NCBI GenBank assembly: GCA_965224465.1 | Contig: OZ245049.1 | Location: 3,960,001 to 3,992,000 of the forward strand | Direction: 5' to 3' | DNA: 32,000 bases | Source of the DNA: Flavobacteriaceae bacterium | GTDB taxonomy: Bacteria; Bacteroidota; Bacteroidia; Flavobacteriales; Flavobacteriaceae | In this document: one piece after another, positions 8,971 through 18,402 of the stretch | How positions within the stretch are numbered: position 1 is the first letter of the stretch | Layout of the letters: each line of letters starts with the position of its first letter | Translations under genes and position numbers: made by a program | The notes under the pieces: generated by a model | What the model was told of the DNA's origin: nothing | Seen by the model: the letters and a program-made list of their open reading frames with translations, nothing else | Databases searched by the model: none

Positions 8971-9002
8971 AAAAAAGCCCCAAGGAAAAATCCGAGGGGC
9001 TT
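8971..9002 (-). terminator. intrinsic terminator of the DEAD-box helicase gene
   Basis: On the - strand, AGCCCC-14 nt-GGGGCT is followed by a T-run (complement of the A-run at 8971-8975). It lies 32 bp beyond the stop codon. Confidence 0.7.
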
Positions 9003-9033
9003 GTGTTTTAGTGTTGGGTATACTATCAAAAAC

Positions 9034-10365
9034 TTATTTTCTCTTTTGAGGTCTCGTTTTTGGTTTCTTGTATTTTTTAGCGATTTCTCTTCTGTAAGAA
9101 CCCCCTTGATTTGTTTTACTATTCTTTTCGCTTTTTTCGTGGAAAGCAGGTCCGCTAGGGGTTTCTATTTTACGTTTTTTACCATGAATTTCTGGAATAG
9201 TATCGTCTTGTTCCTCGTAGATCTTTTGAGAATTATAAGCAACAGTATCAGGCATGTCTAATACGTCTATTTCTTTTTTCATGAATTCCTCTATGGCTCC
9301 AAGGTATTCCGCTTCCTCTTCTGTAAACATAGCAATGGCTGTTCCTTGTTTTTCGGCTCTACCAGTACGTCCAATTCTGTGGATATAGGTTTCTGTTTCG
9401 TCAGGAACACTAAAGTTTATTACGTGAGTCACATCTGCAATGTCCAATCCACGGGCAATAATATCTGTTGCAATCAATACAGGGAAAAATCCTTTTTCAA
9501 AGTTTTTTACTGCTCTTAATCTAAAGTTCTGTGTTTTATTAGAATGGATCACACATGTTTTTTGTGGGAGTAATAATTCCATTTCTTCAAACAATATATT
9601 TGCCTGACGTTTGTTTTTTGTAAATACCAATACCTTTTTAAATTTTTCGGTGTCTTTTAACAACTCCACTAAAAAGTTAATCTTGGTATAAAAGTTAGGT
9701 ACAGGATAAGCCAATTGAGTAATGGTGTCCAAAGGACTTCCACTACTTGCCACCTCTATTTTAATAGGGTTTTTGAAATAATCATTCAAAATAGCACCCA
9801 CTTCATTGGTCATGGTTGCAGAGAATAATAAGTTTTGACGGTTTTTAGGCAATAAGTCCAAAATAGTCAAAATCTGAGATCTAAATCCTAGGTTTAGCAT
9901 TTCGTCCATCTCATCAATTACAAATTTCTGGATGTATTTTAGTTTTAAAATACCATCCAAGGCTAAATCTATCAATCGACCAGGTGTAGCAATTAAGATG
10001 TCTAGTCCTTTAAAAACAGCTTGTTTTTGAGTGTTTATATTGGTGCCTCCATAAACGCCTGTGTAACGAACCTTTACATAAGGAGTCAGTTTGTCTAAAT
10101 CTTCGACTAATTGCACTACCAATTCTCGGGTAGGAACAATAATAAGGACGCGGGCAAATTTTTGCTCAGAATAGCTTAAACTTCTAAGGATAGGAAGCAA
10201 ATAGGCAAGGGTTTTTCCCGTTCCCGTTTGCGCAATTCCTACAATGTCCTTACTGCTCATGATGGTAGCAAAGGCTTCTCGTTGGATAGGCGTGGGGTTG
10301 GTGTAACCCATTTCGTCTAGGGCTTGCAACAAAAATCGGTTTAAGTTAAAATCGGCAAAAGTCAT
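9034..10365 (-). CDS. DEAD-box ATP-dependent RNA helicase (RhlE-like) with basic C-terminal tail
   Basis: Motifs present: Q motif (GYTNPTPIQ), motif I AQTGTGKT, Ia PTRELV, II DEMD, III SAT and VI HRIGRTGRA. The tail is Lys/Arg-rich. Confidence 0.9.
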   Translation of the reverse strand: MTFADFNLNRFLLQALDEMGYTNPTPIQREAFATIMSSKDIVGIAQTGTGKTLAYLLPILRSLSYSEQKFARVLIIVPTRELVVQLVEDLDKLTPYVKVRYTGVYGGTNINTQKQAVFKGLDILIATPGRLIDLALDGILKLKYIQKFVIDEMDEMLNLGFRSQILTILDLLPKNRQNLLFSATMTNEVGAILNDYFKNPIKIEVASSGSPLDTITQLAYPVPNFYTKINFLVELLKDTEKFKKVLVFTKNKRQANILFEEMELLLPQKTCVIHSNKTQNFRLRAVKNFEKGFFPVLIATDIIARGLDIADVTHVINFSVPDETETYIHRIGRTGRAEKQGTAIAMFTEEEAEYLGAIEEFMKKEIDVLDMPDTVAYNSQKIYEEQDDTIPEIHGKKRKIETPSGPAFHEKSEKNSKTNQGGSYRREIAKKYKKPKTRPQKRK

Positions 10366-10381
10366 GTATTCAAATTTTTTG

Positions 10382-10389
10382 CAAATATA
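10382..10389 (-). promoter_or_regulatory. -7 box TATATTTG upstream of the helicase gene
   Basis: The reverse complement of CAAATATA matches TAnnTTTG, 17 nt upstream of the ATG (10365). Confidence 0.45.
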
Positions 10390-10978
10390 GACTAATTAAA
10401 ATTAGGGTTTTTCTTTTTTTATTGTTGAGATTAAAGGAATTAAATTTCATAGGGTTTTAGCTGATTTTCTAAATATATCTGTGTTTTTTTTTGAAAATTG
10501 TTTTTTTTTCATAAATTAGAATTTTAAAAAATGAAGTTTCCCCTTATTTTATTTATAAGTAGCAGAAGATAGTTCACAACATTGTCTCATTAAAAACGCA
10601 TGCTTATGTAATAATAAACACAAAGGAGGAGCTTGCGATAAAAGAAGTAAATTTCCTAGCTTCTTGCCAAATTGAATCATCACCATATGCTAAGGTATTT
10701 AAAAAATAAAATTCATGGGTTTTAGGCATTGTAGCAATGGTAGTAATTATGTTAGTTAGGACATCCCTGATTTATGTGAAACAAGTTAAAGGATTTATGG
10801 ATGATAGGGTTGTGTGCAGAATCTTGTAAAAATGTGAGTTGGATTCAGGTGTCTTATGCTTAATATATTTATAGAGGAGTAAATTATAAAAAAACACAAT
10901 AGCCTTATTAAATCTTAAATTCAATTATAAAATGAAATAGGTTTATTGTGATAAATAAAATTTTAAATAGCGATAAAA

Positions 10979-11722
10979 ATGAATATTAAAAAATGGATAG
11001 TAATAGTTGTTCTTGTTGTTTTTAATCCAACGCCATCAAATTCTCAATCCAATACTGGAAAAGTGATTTACCGAGCATCGATAAATACGGACAGTTATGT
11101 GGAGGGGATTAAAAAAGATAAGCGTATTAAAGAAGATATAAAGAAATTAAAAATGAGTAATGCTTCGCGTTCAATACCTATGAATTTTTTTCTTTTTTTT
11201 AATGGAAATGAATCACTTTACCATGCTGAATATGATTTAAATGAACAGAGAGATATGCAAATAGGATGGAATCAAACAGGGGTAGTGGCAGGTGATGATT
11301 ATATTAGTTATGTAAACATAGCAACAAAAGAAAATTTAAAGCAAAATTTTTTCTTAGATAAATTACTTATAAGTGTAGTTCCATTAGAATGGGTATTGAC
11401 ACAAGAAACCAAAAAAATTGGAGACTATATTTGTTTTAAAGCCACATCAATTCTAAAGGAAGAACGTGAAGAAGGAGGGTGTTATTCTGAACCAATTACG
11501 GCTTGGTATACACCAGAAATCCCTGTAACATTCGGAATTCAAAATTTCACGGGATTGCCTGGGTTAACATTAGAGTTGTTTATAGAGACAAAATATGGGG
11601 AACTCCAGTACAAAGCAACGAGTATAGAATTAAATGTAAAAAAAATAAAAATAAAAAAACCTAAAGGAAAAGTCATTACACATAAGAAATATATAGAATT
11701 AATAAGTGGGTTTAGGAATTAG
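10979..11722 (+). CDS. GLPGLI family protein (function unknown)
   Basis: 247 aa with a signal peptide and the family-defining motif near the C-terminal third (FTGLPGLTLEL). It is very Asn/Lys/Ile-rich. Confidence 0.8.
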   Translation: MNIKKWIVIVVLVVFNPTPSNSQSNTGKVIYRASINTDSYVEGIKKDKRIKEDIKKLKMSNASRSIPMNFFLFFNGNESLYHAEYDLNEQRDMQIGWNQTGVVAGDDYISYVNIATKENLKQNFFLDKLLISVVPLEWVLTQETKKIGDYICFKATSILKEEREEGGCYSEPITAWYTPEIPVTFGIQNFTGLPGLTLELFIETKYGELQYKATSIELNVKKIKIKKPKGKVITHKKYIELISGFRN

Positions 11723-11724
11723 AT

Positions 11725-14400
11725 ATGGCTGTGCATCAGAATTTTAGAAAGTGTTTTTCGGTATTTTTTCTTGCTTTTATATCAATTCACATGACATCTC
11801 AAACACATGCCTTGAAGGGGATTGTAAGAGATTCTTTGCAGAATAGCATCCCCTTTGTAAGTATAATTGCAAAGCCAGACCTTAGTAACATGCCCATGAA
11901 GTTTACCATGTCTGATGATAAAGGGAGGTACAATTTAGAGCTAGTGGCAAATGTTATTTATCAAATTTCTGTAAGTCATTTAGGGTATAATTCACTTGAA
12001 TTTAAGTTTAATTCAATTAAAAATACGCAAAAAAACATTTTATTGGTTGAGAACTTAAATCAATTAGACGAAATTATTATTGAGCTTCCGATACTGGTTA
12101 AGCGTGATACTATAATCTATAATGTTAGTAAATTTGTTAATGGTGAAGAACAAAAACTGAAGGATGTTTTAAGGAAATTGCCTGGGATTGAGGTTTCTAA
12201 AAACGGAGAGGTTACAAGTAATGGGAAGGTAGTAACACATTTGCTAGTTGAGGGGAAAAACTTTTTTGGAGGGAATAGTAAGTTAGCCGTAGAGAATATC
12301 CCTGCAGATGCAATAAAAAAAGTAGAGGTAATAGATGATTATAATGAGGTTGCGCTGTTAAAAGGGCTAGAGGATTCTGACAAATTAGCAATGAATATCA
12401 AATTAAAAGAAGGGAAAAAAAACTTTCTATTTGGAGATGTTGAAATTGGGAAAGGGAATAAGAGGTTTTATAAATCACATTCAAACCTTTTTTATTATAA
12501 CCCCAGTTTTAATATTAATTTTATTGGTAACATCAATAATGTAGGAGAAAAAACATTCACATTTAAAGATTATCTAAATTTTAAAGGAACGCGTTCATCT
12601 GTTTTTAAAATGAAAAGTTATGACTTAGATTTAAAAAACATGTCTCAGTTTATGGGGGCAATAAATGTTGTTAAGACGGAGCGTAGCGTTGCTGCTTTAA
12701 ATATTTCTAAATCCATTGATAAAAAGTTAGATGTAACAGGGTATTTGATTTATTCACATTCAAATTCTCAGAGTAATGAATCTATAACCAATCAATATGT
12801 TATTCCGAATAAGGTATATGTGGAAGATTTGGAGAAGAAAGAAGTTAAAATAAATGATTTTGGTATTGCAAAATTAGCGATAAAGTATCGTCCGAATAGC
12901 TTAGAAAGCGGGAATTTTAATTTTCATTTTAAGAGCTCAAATAGTTCTATGAATTCAAGCTTGCTATCGCAAATTAATTCAGAAAAAAACACGATAGAAG
13001 ACCTAAAAGAAAATGCAAGTAGAAATGTAAATACTAATTTAGAGTGGCATAAAAAAGTATCGAAAAAACATATACTTTCTTTGAACTCATCTTTCGTATA
13101 TGATAAAAATAATCCCTACTCTGTTTTGGAATCGGATCAACTATTATTTCAGGATCTAATAAATCTATTACCTGCTGAAAAATATATGTTGATATCTAGA
13201 AAAAAAATGGATAACAGTGTTTTTTCTTTGCGATTAAAATATTATTGGGTTTTGAATAGGAAGGTTCAAATAGCAACATCAATAGGGAACGAAAAAAGAT
13301 GGAATGATTTTATAACAACTGATTCCCAGTTGTCAAACAATAATTATGTAGATTTTTCTGATTCAAATTTTAATAATAACCTTACATTTAAATTGAATGA
13401 ATCTTATATTGGTATTGCTGTTAAATATAGAACAGGGAAATTTCAATTCAAACCAAGTGTCTATCTCCAGAAGTATTACTGGAGTGTAAAACAATCAAAT
13501 TATTTAGCTGAAAATAAATTAGTTGTACTTCCTGGTTTTGTTACAAAATGGAATCTGAGTCAAACAGATAAAATTAAATTAACCTATAAATTACAGAGTG
13601 CTTTTCCTGGAGGTGCCTCTTTTTCTAATAAATTTTATATAAATTCTTATAATCAAATTAACATAGGAAATGAACATATAGAAAATGAATTACAACACTT
13701 TTCTAGTCTTTATTATACAACAACAAATCTATATAGGAGGTTTTTCTTATTGGCTGAAGTTAATTTTATTAAAAAAATAAAGGGATTGCAAACCGTTGTT
13801 GAAACTATGGGGCGTGATAATTATGTGTCTATGAAATTTGTAGATGAACCAAGTGAAAGAATGAGTGGGGTGTTAATTATAAACAAGAGCTTTAAAGATA
13901 TTAAATATCAGCTTAGAGGAAGAGTCAATTCTTTTCAATATGTTGAGAATGTCAATTCAAATTTGGTTAAAAATAAACATGTAAATAGCTTGTTTAAATT
14001 TTCGGTAAAATCCTTGCATAAAGGGTTTCCGAGTATTGAAATGGGCTATAAACAAGGGTTTAGTAACTATGTCTCTGGAAGGCAGACGTTAAAATTCAGT
14101 ACTTATGAGCCCTATGTGACTTTCAATTATAAAATGTTAAATAAAATAAATTTCTTATTAGATTATTCATATTATATTAGAAAGAACAATGCATTGAATA
14201 AAAAGGATACTTATCATACAAACAAATTAATAATCAGTTACAAAGAGGGAAGTTCCTCTTGGGAATTTAAATGTTCATTACAAAATATTTTGAATAATAA
14301 ATCACAAAATAAAAACAGCTTTAATAGTTATATTATTTCTGATACTAAATCTTATATCTTACCTAGAATAGGTGTGTTTTCAGTCATATACAAGTTATAG
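11725..14400 (+). CDS. outer-membrane beta-barrel protein with N-terminal carboxypeptidase-regulatory-like domain (TonB-dependent-receptor-like)
   Basis: 891 aa with a signal peptide and a CarboxypepD_reg-like start (LKGIVRDSLQNSIPFVSIIAKPD...DDKGRYNLEL...ISVSHLGYNS), followed by a plug-like segment. The C-terminus is aromatic (VFSVIYKL). It starts 2 nt after the GLPGLI stop. Confidence 0.8.
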   Translation: MAVHQNFRKCFSVFFLAFISIHMTSQTHALKGIVRDSLQNSIPFVSIIAKPDLSNMPMKFTMSDDKGRYNLELVANVIYQISVSHLGYNSLEFKFNSIKNTQKNILLVENLNQLDEIIIELPILVKRDTIIYNVSKFVNGEEQKLKDVLRKLPGIEVSKNGEVTSNGKVVTHLLVEGKNFFGGNSKLAVENIPADAIKKVEVIDDYNEVALLKGLEDSDKLAMNIKLKEGKKNFLFGDVEIGKGNKRFYKSHSNLFYYNPSFNINFIGNINNVGEKTFTFKDYLNFKGTRSSVFKMKSYDLDLKNMSQFMGAINVVKTERSVAALNISKSIDKKLDVTGYLIYSHSNSQSNESITNQYVIPNKVYVEDLEKKEVKINDFGIAKLAIKYRPNSLESGNFNFHFKSSNSSMNSSLLSQINSEKNTIEDLKENASRNVNTNLEWHKKVSKKHILSLNSSFVYDKNNPYSVLESDQLLFQDLINLLPAEKYMLISRKKMDNSVFSLRLKYYWVLNRKVQIATSIGNEKRWNDFITTDSQLSNNNYVDFSDSNFNNNLTFKLNESYIGIAVKYRTGKFQFKPSVYLQKYYWSVKQSNYLAENKLVVLPGFVTKWNLSQTDKIKLTYKLQSAFPGGASFSNKFYINSYNQINIGNEHIENELQHFSSLYYTTTNLYRRFFLLAEVNFIKKIKGLQTVVETMGRDNYVSMKFVDEPSERMSGVLIINKSFKDIKYQLRGRVNSFQYVENVNSNLVKNKHVNSLFKFSVKSLHKGFPSIEMGYKQGFSNYVSGRQTLKFSTYEPYVTFNYKMLNKINFLLDYSYYIRKNNALNKKDTYHTNKLIISYKEGSSSWEFKCSLQNILNNKSQNKNSFNSYIISDTKSYILPRIGVFSVIYKL

Positions 14401-14549
14401 TACCAATTACAATCCAAAGTAACCGATATAAATAGTTTGTTTTACGTTCTAGCGTTGTTAAAAAAAAGCTAAGGCTGTCCTTCGATTTCTCGCCTAGCCA
14501 ATACAAAAATTAATTCCATTTCTAAACTGTCACTTGGAAAGTGAATTCT
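14401..14549 (-). repeat. MITE-like intergenic repeat, copy E (inverted orientation)
   Basis: The reverse complement aligns with copies A, B and D. It begins immediately after the TAG stop of the OMP gene. The 5' terminal inverted repeat is degenerate, and an internal ~8-nt deletion places T8 directly after the central hairpin. Confidence 0.85.
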
Positions 14550-14581
14550 TTCATGAGAGATTAAAAGCAGTTTTTTCTTCT

Positions 14582-16171
14582 TTATTCCATTCGCTCAAAC
14601 AATAATTTCACCTCAGGATCCCAGTCCAAACTCCTTACCTTTTTCTTTCGTTTAATAGAAATAGCCGCTGTTTTTTTAGTAATATTTATCGTTTTTATTT
14701 CCGAACTACCATCGGTATAATTAATAGCGAGTTCTAGCGGGAAAGAAATGGGGGTTTGTTGGGTTTGTACAATGTTAAATTGGATGTTTTTACCGTGCTG
14801 TTTCCAATTCAACCTTAATATTGGATGCCCAGAGGTAAATAGCCAATCATTAAAAAATAGCGCTAAGTTGTTGCCAGAAACGGTTTCCATTACTTCTCTA
14901 AAATCACGGGTGTTGGCATTACTGAATTTATATTTCTGATAATAGGTACGTAGCCCTTTCCAAAACAGAACATCCCCTAGTTTATTGTGAAGCATGTGTA
15001 AAAACCAAGCGCCTTTTTGATAAGAATTAGCATTGAGTAGCTGTAAATAGTTGGTGGTTTTAGTATCTACTACAGGTGTTTGTTGTTTTTTGTAAAATCG
15101 AATTACTTTCAAACGTTCGTTTTCTAAGCGTTGCTGGAATTTTGTTTTCCCTTGGGTTTCTAGAAAATAAAAATCAGTTAGATAAGTGGCAAACCCTTCG
15201 CTCAACCACAAGTGACTCCAGTGTTTTTCTGTGGCAGAATCACCAAACCATTGATGTGCAATTTCATGAACTAATAAAGCTTCGCTGCCACGTTTTCCAT
15301 CTATAGATTGTTCGTGATAAAAAATATTCCCAGCGTTTTCCATGCCACCAAAACGTGTTTTGGATTGCACATTGGCTAATTTTTCAAAAGGAAAATCGCC
15401 TATTTTGTCAATAAAATAAGCAGTGATGTTTTTAGCAAGGGCATAATCGTAAAATCCTGCTTCCTTATTTTGTGGATAAACCCAGCTAGAAAAGGGAATG
15501 CCATTTAATGCTGCTAATTTTTGTACAGCAAATCGTGCTACCCCTATCACCATTACTTTGGTAGATAGTTGAATGTTGCTTTTATAATGATATAAAACGG
15601 TCATATCATTGATATTGCTTTCTTCTATAAGGACTCCTGTGGCTATTACTTGGTAATGATTTGGAACTGTAACTATAAATTCGACGGTAGCTTTATCTGA
15701 AGGATGATCTACGCAAGGGAACCAATTATGAGCTCTGTTAGGCCAATTGTCAGCAAAAAAAGTGCGGTCTTGGTATTTGTTTTTCTCTATAATTAAACCA
15801 TCGGAAGGAATTCCTTTGTACACAATGGTGTATTTTACAAGGGTATTTAAGGGAACATCATTAATAAATTTCAAATGATTGTTGCGGTGAGAATACCCAA
15901 TAGTAATTCCGTTTTTTAAAACAGCAAGCACTTGCATGCCTTTACCAACATTGTTTTTGGAAGCCAAGTCTAGCTTTATGCTATCTATAGATTGTTTTAC
16001 AATAAGAGCTATCGTACTGCGGCCTTGTATTATATTGTGAGTGTCATTAAGTACGATCTCGTTTTTATAATGTACAATGTCCAACGTATTCAGTTGTTCG
16101 GTATAGGATTGGCTAAATGATAGTTGAGTGATAAAAAGTAAATATGTAAATATGCGTAGGTTATTTTTCAT
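14582..16171 (-). CDS. M1-family zinc aminopeptidase (secreted)
   Basis: 529 aa with a signal peptide, the GGMEN exopeptidase motif, and HEIAHQWFGD...WLSEGFATY (HEXXH-18-E). Confidence 0.9.
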   Translation of the reverse strand: MKNNLRIFTYLLFITQLSFSQSYTEQLNTLDIVHYKNEIVLNDTHNIIQGRSTIALIVKQSIDSIKLDLASKNNVGKGMQVLAVLKNGITIGYSHRNNHLKFINDVPLNTLVKYTIVYKGIPSDGLIIEKNKYQDRTFFADNWPNRAHNWFPCVDHPSDKATVEFIVTVPNHYQVIATGVLIEESNINDMTVLYHYKSNIQLSTKVMVIGVARFAVQKLAALNGIPFSSWVYPQNKEAGFYDYALAKNITAYFIDKIGDFPFEKLANVQSKTRFGGMENAGNIFYHEQSIDGKRGSEALLVHEIAHQWFGDSATEKHWSHLWLSEGFATYLTDFYFLETQGKTKFQQRLENERLKVIRFYKKQQTPVVDTKTTNYLQLLNANSYQKGAWFLHMLHNKLGDVLFWKGLRTYYQKYKFSNANTRDFREVMETVSGNNLALFFNDWLFTSGHPILRLNWKQHGKNIQFNIVQTQQTPISFPLELAINYTDGSSEIKTINITKKTAAISIKRKKKVRSLDWDPEVKLLFERME

Positions 16172-16187
16172 TGTAAAAAATTAAGTT

Positions 16188-16195
16188 CAAATATA
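16188..16195 (-). promoter_or_regulatory. -7 box TATATTTG upstream of the M1 peptidase gene
   Basis: The reverse complement of CAAATATA matches TAnnTTTG, 17 nt upstream of the ATG (16171). Confidence 0.45.
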
Positions 16196-16288
16196 TTGAA
16201 ATACAATTTAATTTATCTATTTTTAAATCAAACTATAATATTGTAGAATAGTTAGTATCTTTACACATTTAAATTTAAAACCCTAAAA

Positions 16289-16948
16289 ATGGATTACGGA
16301 AAAGAATTCAAGAATTACGCAATAAAACATCACGGAATTAACAGTTTACATTACGATACACTACAAAGTAGTGTAACACCTTATATTATAGAGGAGCGTC
16401 AATTAAACGTAGCACAAATGGATGTATTTTCTCGTTTAATGATGGACAGAATCATATTTTTAGGAACTGCCATTGACGATCATGTAGCGAATATTATTCA
16501 AGCACAATTGCTGTTTTTAGAGAGTGTAGATAACTCTAAGGACATTTCTATTTATATTAATTCTCCAGGAGGAGGAGTGTATGCAGGATTGGGTATGTAT
16601 GATACGATGCAATTTATCAAACCAGATATTGCTACTATTTGTACAGGAATGGCCGCTTCTATGGGAGCTGTTTTAATGTGTGCTGGAGCAGAAGGAAAAC
16701 GTTCTGCGTTGCCACATTCTCGCATCATGATTCACCAACCATTAGGAGGTGCATCTGGTCAAGCAAGTGATATCGAAATAACAACTCGTGAGATTTTAAA
16801 GTTAAAAGGAGAGTTGTACGATATTATTTCAAAACACTCAGGTCAAAACATAAAGAAAGTGAGTGAAGACTCTGATCGTGATTATTGGATGACAGCTGAA
16901 GAAGCTAAAAAATACGGAATGATTGACGAAATTTTAAGGAGAAAATAA
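16289..16948 (+). CDS. clpP: ATP-dependent Clp protease proteolytic subunit
   Basis: 219 aa. Conserved blocks include RIIFLG, INSPGG, the GMAASMGAVL Ser, the MIHQP His and the DRDYWM Asp. Confidence 0.93.
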   Translation: MDYGKEFKNYAIKHHGINSLHYDTLQSSVTPYIIEERQLNVAQMDVFSRLMMDRIIFLGTAIDDHVANIIQAQLLFLESVDNSKDISIYINSPGGGVYAGLGMYDTMQFIKPDIATICTGMAASMGAVLMCAGAEGKRSALPHSRIMIHQPLGGASGQASDIEITTREILKLKGELYDIISKHSGQNIKKVSEDSDRDYWMTAEEAKKYGMIDEILRRK

Positions 16949-16999
16949 GTCAATAAGTAGTAATTAAAAGAATAGAATTTTTTATAAAAATTTATAGTA

Positions 17000-18241
17000 A
17001 TGGCGAAAGATGAAATATTAGAGTGCTCGTTTTGTGGTCGTAAAAAACCAGAAACAGATTTGCTTATTGCGGGATTAGATGCCCATATTTGTGATAAGTG
17101 TATCGAGCAAGCACACGGTATTGTAGAAGAGGAGATGTCTCATGGAGAATCGAGCTCTTTAAATGCAGATTTGGAAGTGAAAAGACCTATTGAGATTAAA
17201 GCATTCATAGATGAATATATGATTGGTCAAACAGCTGCTAAACGTGTTATGTCTGTTGCTGTGTACAATCATTACAAACGATTATTACAACCAGAAACGA
17301 AGGATAAAGACGCTGTTGAAATCGAAAAAAGTAATATCATTTTAGTCGGTGAAACAGGTACAGGGAAAACGTTAATCGCTCGAACTATTGCGCGTATGTT
17401 AAATGTTCCTTTTGCTATTGTTGATGCTACGGTATTGACAGAAGCGGGATATGTTGGAGAAGATGTGGAAACTATTTTGACCCGTTTGTTGCAAGCAGCA
17501 GATTACAATTTGGAAAAAGCAGAACGCGGTATTGTTTTTATTGACGAAATTGATAAAATAGCCCGTAAAGGTGACAATCCATCTATTACCCGTGATGTTT
17601 CTGGAGAAGGTGTACAGCAAGCATTGCTTAAATTATTGGAAGGTTCTGTAGTAAATGTACCGCCAAAAGGAGGACGTAAACATCCAGATCAAAAATTTAT
17701 TGAGGTGAATACCAAAAATATTTTGTTCATGGCTGGTGGTGCTTTTTCTGGAATAGATAAGGTAATAGGTAAACGATTGAACCGTCAAGCAGTTGGATAT
17801 GGAGCTTCTATCAAAGAAGATAAAATCGACGAAAAGAATTTGATTCAATACATTATTCCAAGCGATTTGAAAACTTTTGGTTTGATACCTGAAATTATTG
17901 GTCGTATGCCTGTGTTAACATATATGAATCCTTTGGATGCAAAAACATTGAGAGCTATTTTAACAGAGCCTAAAAACGCGATTATTAAGCAATATACCAA
18001 ATTGTTTGAAATGGATAATATTAAATTTACCATTAATAACAGCGCCTTGGATTATATTGTTGATAAGGCGATAGATTACAAATTAGGAGCACGTGGATTG
18101 CGTTCTTTATGTGAAGCAGTGTTAACAGATGCAATGTTTGAATTGCCAGGTAGCGATGTTAAAGAATTAAAAGTTACCAAGAAATACGCTGAAGAAAAAT
18201 TGAATAAATCTACCTTGAGAAAATTAAAGGCAGTATCCTAA
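17000..18241 (+). CDS. clpX: ATP-dependent Clp protease ATP-binding subunit ClpX
   Basis: C4 zinc-binding N-terminus (CSFCGRKK...HICDKC), Walker A GETGTGKT, Walker B VFIDEIDK and an IGR(M)P pore/ClpP loop. Confidence 0.95.
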   Translation: MAKDEILECSFCGRKKPETDLLIAGLDAHICDKCIEQAHGIVEEEMSHGESSSLNADLEVKRPIEIKAFIDEYMIGQTAAKRVMSVAVYNHYKRLLQPETKDKDAVEIEKSNIILVGETGTGKTLIARTIARMLNVPFAIVDATVLTEAGYVGEDVETILTRLLQAADYNLEKAERGIVFIDEIDKIARKGDNPSITRDVSGEGVQQALLKLLEGSVVNVPPKGGRKHPDQKFIEVNTKNILFMAGGAFSGIDKVIGKRLNRQAVGYGASIKEDKIDEKNLIQYIIPSDLKTFGLIPEIIGRMPVLTYMNPLDAKTLRAILTEPKNAIIKQYTKLFEMDNIKFTINNSALDYIVDKAIDYKLGARGLRSLCEAVLTDAMFELPGSDVKELKVTKKYAEEKLNKSTLRKLKAVS

Positions 18242-18260
18242 AAAAGTATACAGATATAAG

Positions 18261-18288
18261 ACTCTTAAAAAAATGTTTTTTTAAGAGT
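18261..18288 (+). terminator. AT-rich hairpin after clpX (possible terminator)
   Basis: ACTCTTAAAAAAA-tg-TTTTTTTAAGAGT forms a 13-bp stem, but the trailing T-run is weak. Confidence 0.45.
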
Positions 18289-18304
18289 TCTTAAAATATT
18301 AAAG

Positions 18305-18378
18305 TCGTCATTCCATAGTGTGTAACAGGTTGTAGAATTTTCAATCAGTTTTTTAATTTGGAATGACGATTTTTTTTT
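18305..18378 (+). terminator. long-loop hairpin plus T9 immediately upstream of dnaG
   Basis: TCGTCATTCCA (18305-18315) pairs with TGGAATGACGA (18359-18369) across a 43-nt loop and is followed by T9 (18370-18378). It ends 25 nt before the dnaG start. Confidence 0.5.
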
Positions 18379-18402
18379 GATTAAAAGTAAAGCTATTAAA
18401 CA

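Noticed and set aside
8953-9261. 102-aa + strand ORF
   Set aside because: It overlaps the helicase terminator and the 3' end of the well-supported helicase CDS on the opposite strand. The sequence is low-complexity and Phe/Ser-rich with no motifs.
10366-10978. Short ORFs in the long leader, for example a 47-codon - strand ORF (MVMIQFGKKLGNLLLLSQAPP...) and 13-14-codon + strand ORFs. Also considered: a possible hidden RNA gene.
   Set aside because: There is no motif, no conservation evidence and composition typical of non-coding AT-rich DNA. I found no tRNA-like, tmRNA, RNase P or SRP RNA signature by eye. It is left as unexplained spacer.
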